Below, piece by piece: positions 61,674 to 64,000 of a DNA stretch of 64,000 nucleotides. Source of the stretch: Hydrolagus colliei (taxonomy: Eukaryota); the NCBI GenBank assembly GCA_035084275.1, contig CM068743.1, forward strand, positions 130,386,001-130,450,000, given 5' to 3'. A model generated the notes under the pieces. That model was given only the letters and a program-made list of their open reading frames with translations. It searched no databases and was not told the origin of the DNA. The translations under genes were made by a program, and so were the position numbers. Each line of letters begins with the position of its first letter. Within the stretch, counting starts at the first letter, position 1.

Positions 61674-62224
61674 GTGGAATTAACAGACAGCCTGTTGCAG
61701 TGTTATGACCTCCCACCATCTCCAGGAAAACTCTCATCAGTAATACCTTTGCATGTAGTTAGACCTCTTACTGATCCATCAAAATCTTCATCAGCAACAT
61801 GTGCTGGGCCTCTGATTGATCCAGGAAAATCATCCTTAATGCCTTTGCATGCAGTCAGGCCTCTAAACGACCCAGGAATTTCTTCATCCATAATGCCTTT
61901 GCATGCAGTCAGGCCTCTGACTGACCCAGGAAAATCATCAGCAAGGCCTTTGCATGCTATGAGGCATCTAACCGATCCAGGAAAATCATCAGTAATGCCT
62001 TTGCATGCAGTCAGGTATCCAAGCGATCCAGGAAAGTCATCAGTGATGCCTTTGCATGTAGTAAGGCCTCTGACTGATCCAAGGAAAACATCAATTACAC
62101 CTTTGCATGCAGTGAGGCCTCTCACTGATCCAGGAGTGTCTTCATCAGTAACGCCTTTGCATGCAATCAGGTATCCAAGTGATCCAATTCCACCAGTTCA
62201 GCACACCACATCTCCAACAGACAG
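61674..62224 (+). CDS. EPB41L4B: EPB41L4B exon I (551 nt, phase 0 to 2) containing a coding tandem repeat; probably the penultimate exon
   Basis: tttccag acceptor and AG|gtaagg donor, with an open frame throughout. The start VELTDSLLQC resembles human ADFRDSKLQC, and VIPLHVVRPLTD resembles LIPAATLRPLTE. Confidence 0.85.
61746..62186 (+). repeat. Coding minisatellite, 51-54 bp unit, about 9 copies (consensus PLHAVRPLTDPGKSSVM)
   Basis: CCTTTGCAT recurs at 61746, 61842, 61896, 61947, 61998, 62049, 62100 and 62154 (spacings 96, 54, 51, 51, 51, 51, 54). Confidence 0.95.
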
Positions 62225-62466
62225 GTAAGGGAGCGTACTGACTCTATAAGAAACTCAGTAGCATTTCTGTGTCAAAAATGCAACACAGCAAGGCTTCAAC
62301 TTCTACTTTTTAAACTTATTTTCGGGAAATAACAATTGTATGTGGTGGGTTACACCTGTCTAATAAGCATATTTCCCAATATGCTTATATACACAAACAG
62401 ATGCTTTTTTAGTGGTTTAGTGAACAAATGTGTGCTCGTGAGATACCAACAAAAAAGCTAGAAGCC

Positions 62467-63490
62467 ACAATAACAACAACAACAACGACTTCAATTTATA
62501 TAGTACCCTCCATGCCGGATGGCGTCTCAAAGCGCTTCACAACAACGGATCCTGGGACCAAGACGGGCAGGGGTAGAAAGGTGACCAAAGGCTCAGTCGA
62601 AGAGAAAGGTCTTTAGCTGGGACCTGAAACTGGGAAGAGAGGAGGCGAGGCGAAGGGAGTGAGGAAGGGAGTTCCAGAGCCTTTGGGCTTAGTGGCTGAA
62701 GGCACGGCTGCCGAGGGTGGAGCGGAGGATTTGGGGGACACGGAGGAGGCCAGACTCAGTAGAGCGAAGGCAACCGGAGCTGGTTAGAGAAGAGGTAGGG
62801 GGGTGCAGAGGAGTGGAGGGATTTGAAAACAAGGGTGAGGATCTTGAAATAGATCCTCTCTGAGATAGGGAGCCAGTGAAGTCTGGCAGGGACTGGGGTA
62901 ATGGGGAGTGAAGTTTGGTGCAGGTGAGAATGTGGGCGGCAGAGTTTTGGATGAGCTGGATTTTGTGGATTGTGGTGGAGGGGAGACCGGCAAGGAGGGT
63001 GTTTACGTACTCCAGCCGAGAGGTGACAAAGGCCTGGACCAGAATTTCAGCTGCTTTTGTGGTGGAGACGGGTGATCCGTCGGAGGTGGTAGAAGGTGGT
63101 GCTGGTGAAGGACCGGATGTGGGGGAGGAAGGACAGTTGGGGGTCGAACCTGACGCCTGGGTTGCGCACAGGTTCGGAGAGTTTCAGGGGCCAGGCCGGG
63201 AAGGTGGAGGAGGTGAGAGCCGTGTGAATGGAGATGTTGACGAGAGCCAAAGAGTATGGCTTCCGTCTTGTCGACATTCAGCTGTAGGAAGTTCGTGCTC
63301 ATCCAGCCCCTGATGTCTGACAGGCGGCTGACAGAACATCAGGGGACTGGGGGTCACAAAGTGAGGTGGAGAAATAGAGTTGGGTGTCATCTGCATACAT
63401 GTGGAAGTGTGCCCCATGTCTGTGGATGACATCCCCAAGAGGGAGCGTGTAGATGAGGAAGAGGAGGGGGCCAAGGATGGATCCTTGGAC
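62467..63490 (-). mobile_element. Young L2 LINE 3' ~1 kb fragment including the RT catalytic motif
   Basis: The reverse strand encodes [22 protein letters not shown] and LQLNVDKTEAI, and has a (TTG)n tail. Confidence 0.93.
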
Positions 63491-64000
63491 TGTTCACAGT
63501 TCAAACTCTACTTCGGAATTCAGAGGGTTAAGCAATAAAAGAACCATAAATCTCCTCGATTATCCTAGAATATAACACTGCCTAATAAAAAGGAGAAACA
63601 GGCTATCTTTAAGCAGAATACTGTATAAAGGTGACATAGGTTCAGTATTAAGGAAACCAGCCTGCCTTACTCATTTGTCTGAAGTATACCAAGATTCTGC
63701 CCTGTAGGTGAGCTCAGAACAGCCTTACAGCAAACACTTAGTTTAAACAAATGATATAATGTAGAAAAAACTAAAAAAAAGTGTATGTTATATAACAATA
63801 ATAATCCTTATACTGTATTTGATTTGGCATCTTCGAATTGTCTCAAAGCGCTTCACAGAATATGCAAGTGACCTGACTATTTTGTGTGCGAAATGCAGCA
63901 GCCAATTGCGCACTGCAGTGTCCCACAAACTGTCATGGATCGAGTGACCAATTTATTGGGTTTTTTTAGGAATTATTACCCCCACAAAAGTAATCCACCA

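Larger units (their letters stand above)
7732..64000. repeat. Dispersed 5'-truncated SINE 3' halves (not one contiguous feature): about 7732-7863(-), 8400-8568(+), 11128-11240(-), 12541-12690(-), 15273-15462(-), 17803-17890(-), 26440-26590(+), 29683-29842(-), 40245-40358(-), 49193-49318(-), 54170-54332(+), 58077-58252(-), 58755-58942(+), 63795-64000(-)
   Basis: Each matches the SINE core or tail (…CAGTCAATTCACTTTACAGTATATTCTGTGAAGCGCTTTGAGACG…GCAAGGATTATTA). Confidence 0.8.

Noticed and set aside
61703-62125. 140-aa antisense ORF with repeats
   Set aside because: It mirrors the coding minisatellite. The + strand has the splice sites and the homology.
61746-62186. CRISPR-like regularly spaced repeats
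   Set aside because: The units are contiguous homologous repeats with no unique spacers, inside a eukaryotic exon.

Overview
Vertebrate genomic DNA, most likely a cartilaginous fish (the repeat repertoire suggests a holocephalan or shark). The window is almost entirely intronic. It holds nine internal + strand coding exons of the C-terminal half of EPB41L4B (Ehm2/Lulu2, band 4.1-like FERM protein), recognised from recalled motifs (EENGGTPF, WPxLHIN, NILKAQ, RKLTRQYSF-DEDDLPP, PGDLLMDFTEATPL, IKT.P, RPLT). The GT-AG splice phases join these exons into one open frame. The FERM exons and the last exon are not visible. Introns are dense with L2 and CR1 LINE 3' fragments, a tRNA-derived Deu-type SINE, TA-flanked Tc1/mariner-superfamily non-autonomous DNA transposons, and palindromic Penelope-like remnants with hammerhead-like cores. 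The most unusual signal is a 551-nt exon in which a motif recalled as single-copy in human has expanded to about nine in-frame ~17-aa units, each carrying an RxxT/S-D-P motif and/or a UGCAUG element. I found no convincing new multi-gene system. Almost all ORFs in the supplied track are spurious or repeat-derived. Repeat boundaries are approximate and homology calls come from memory, not a search.
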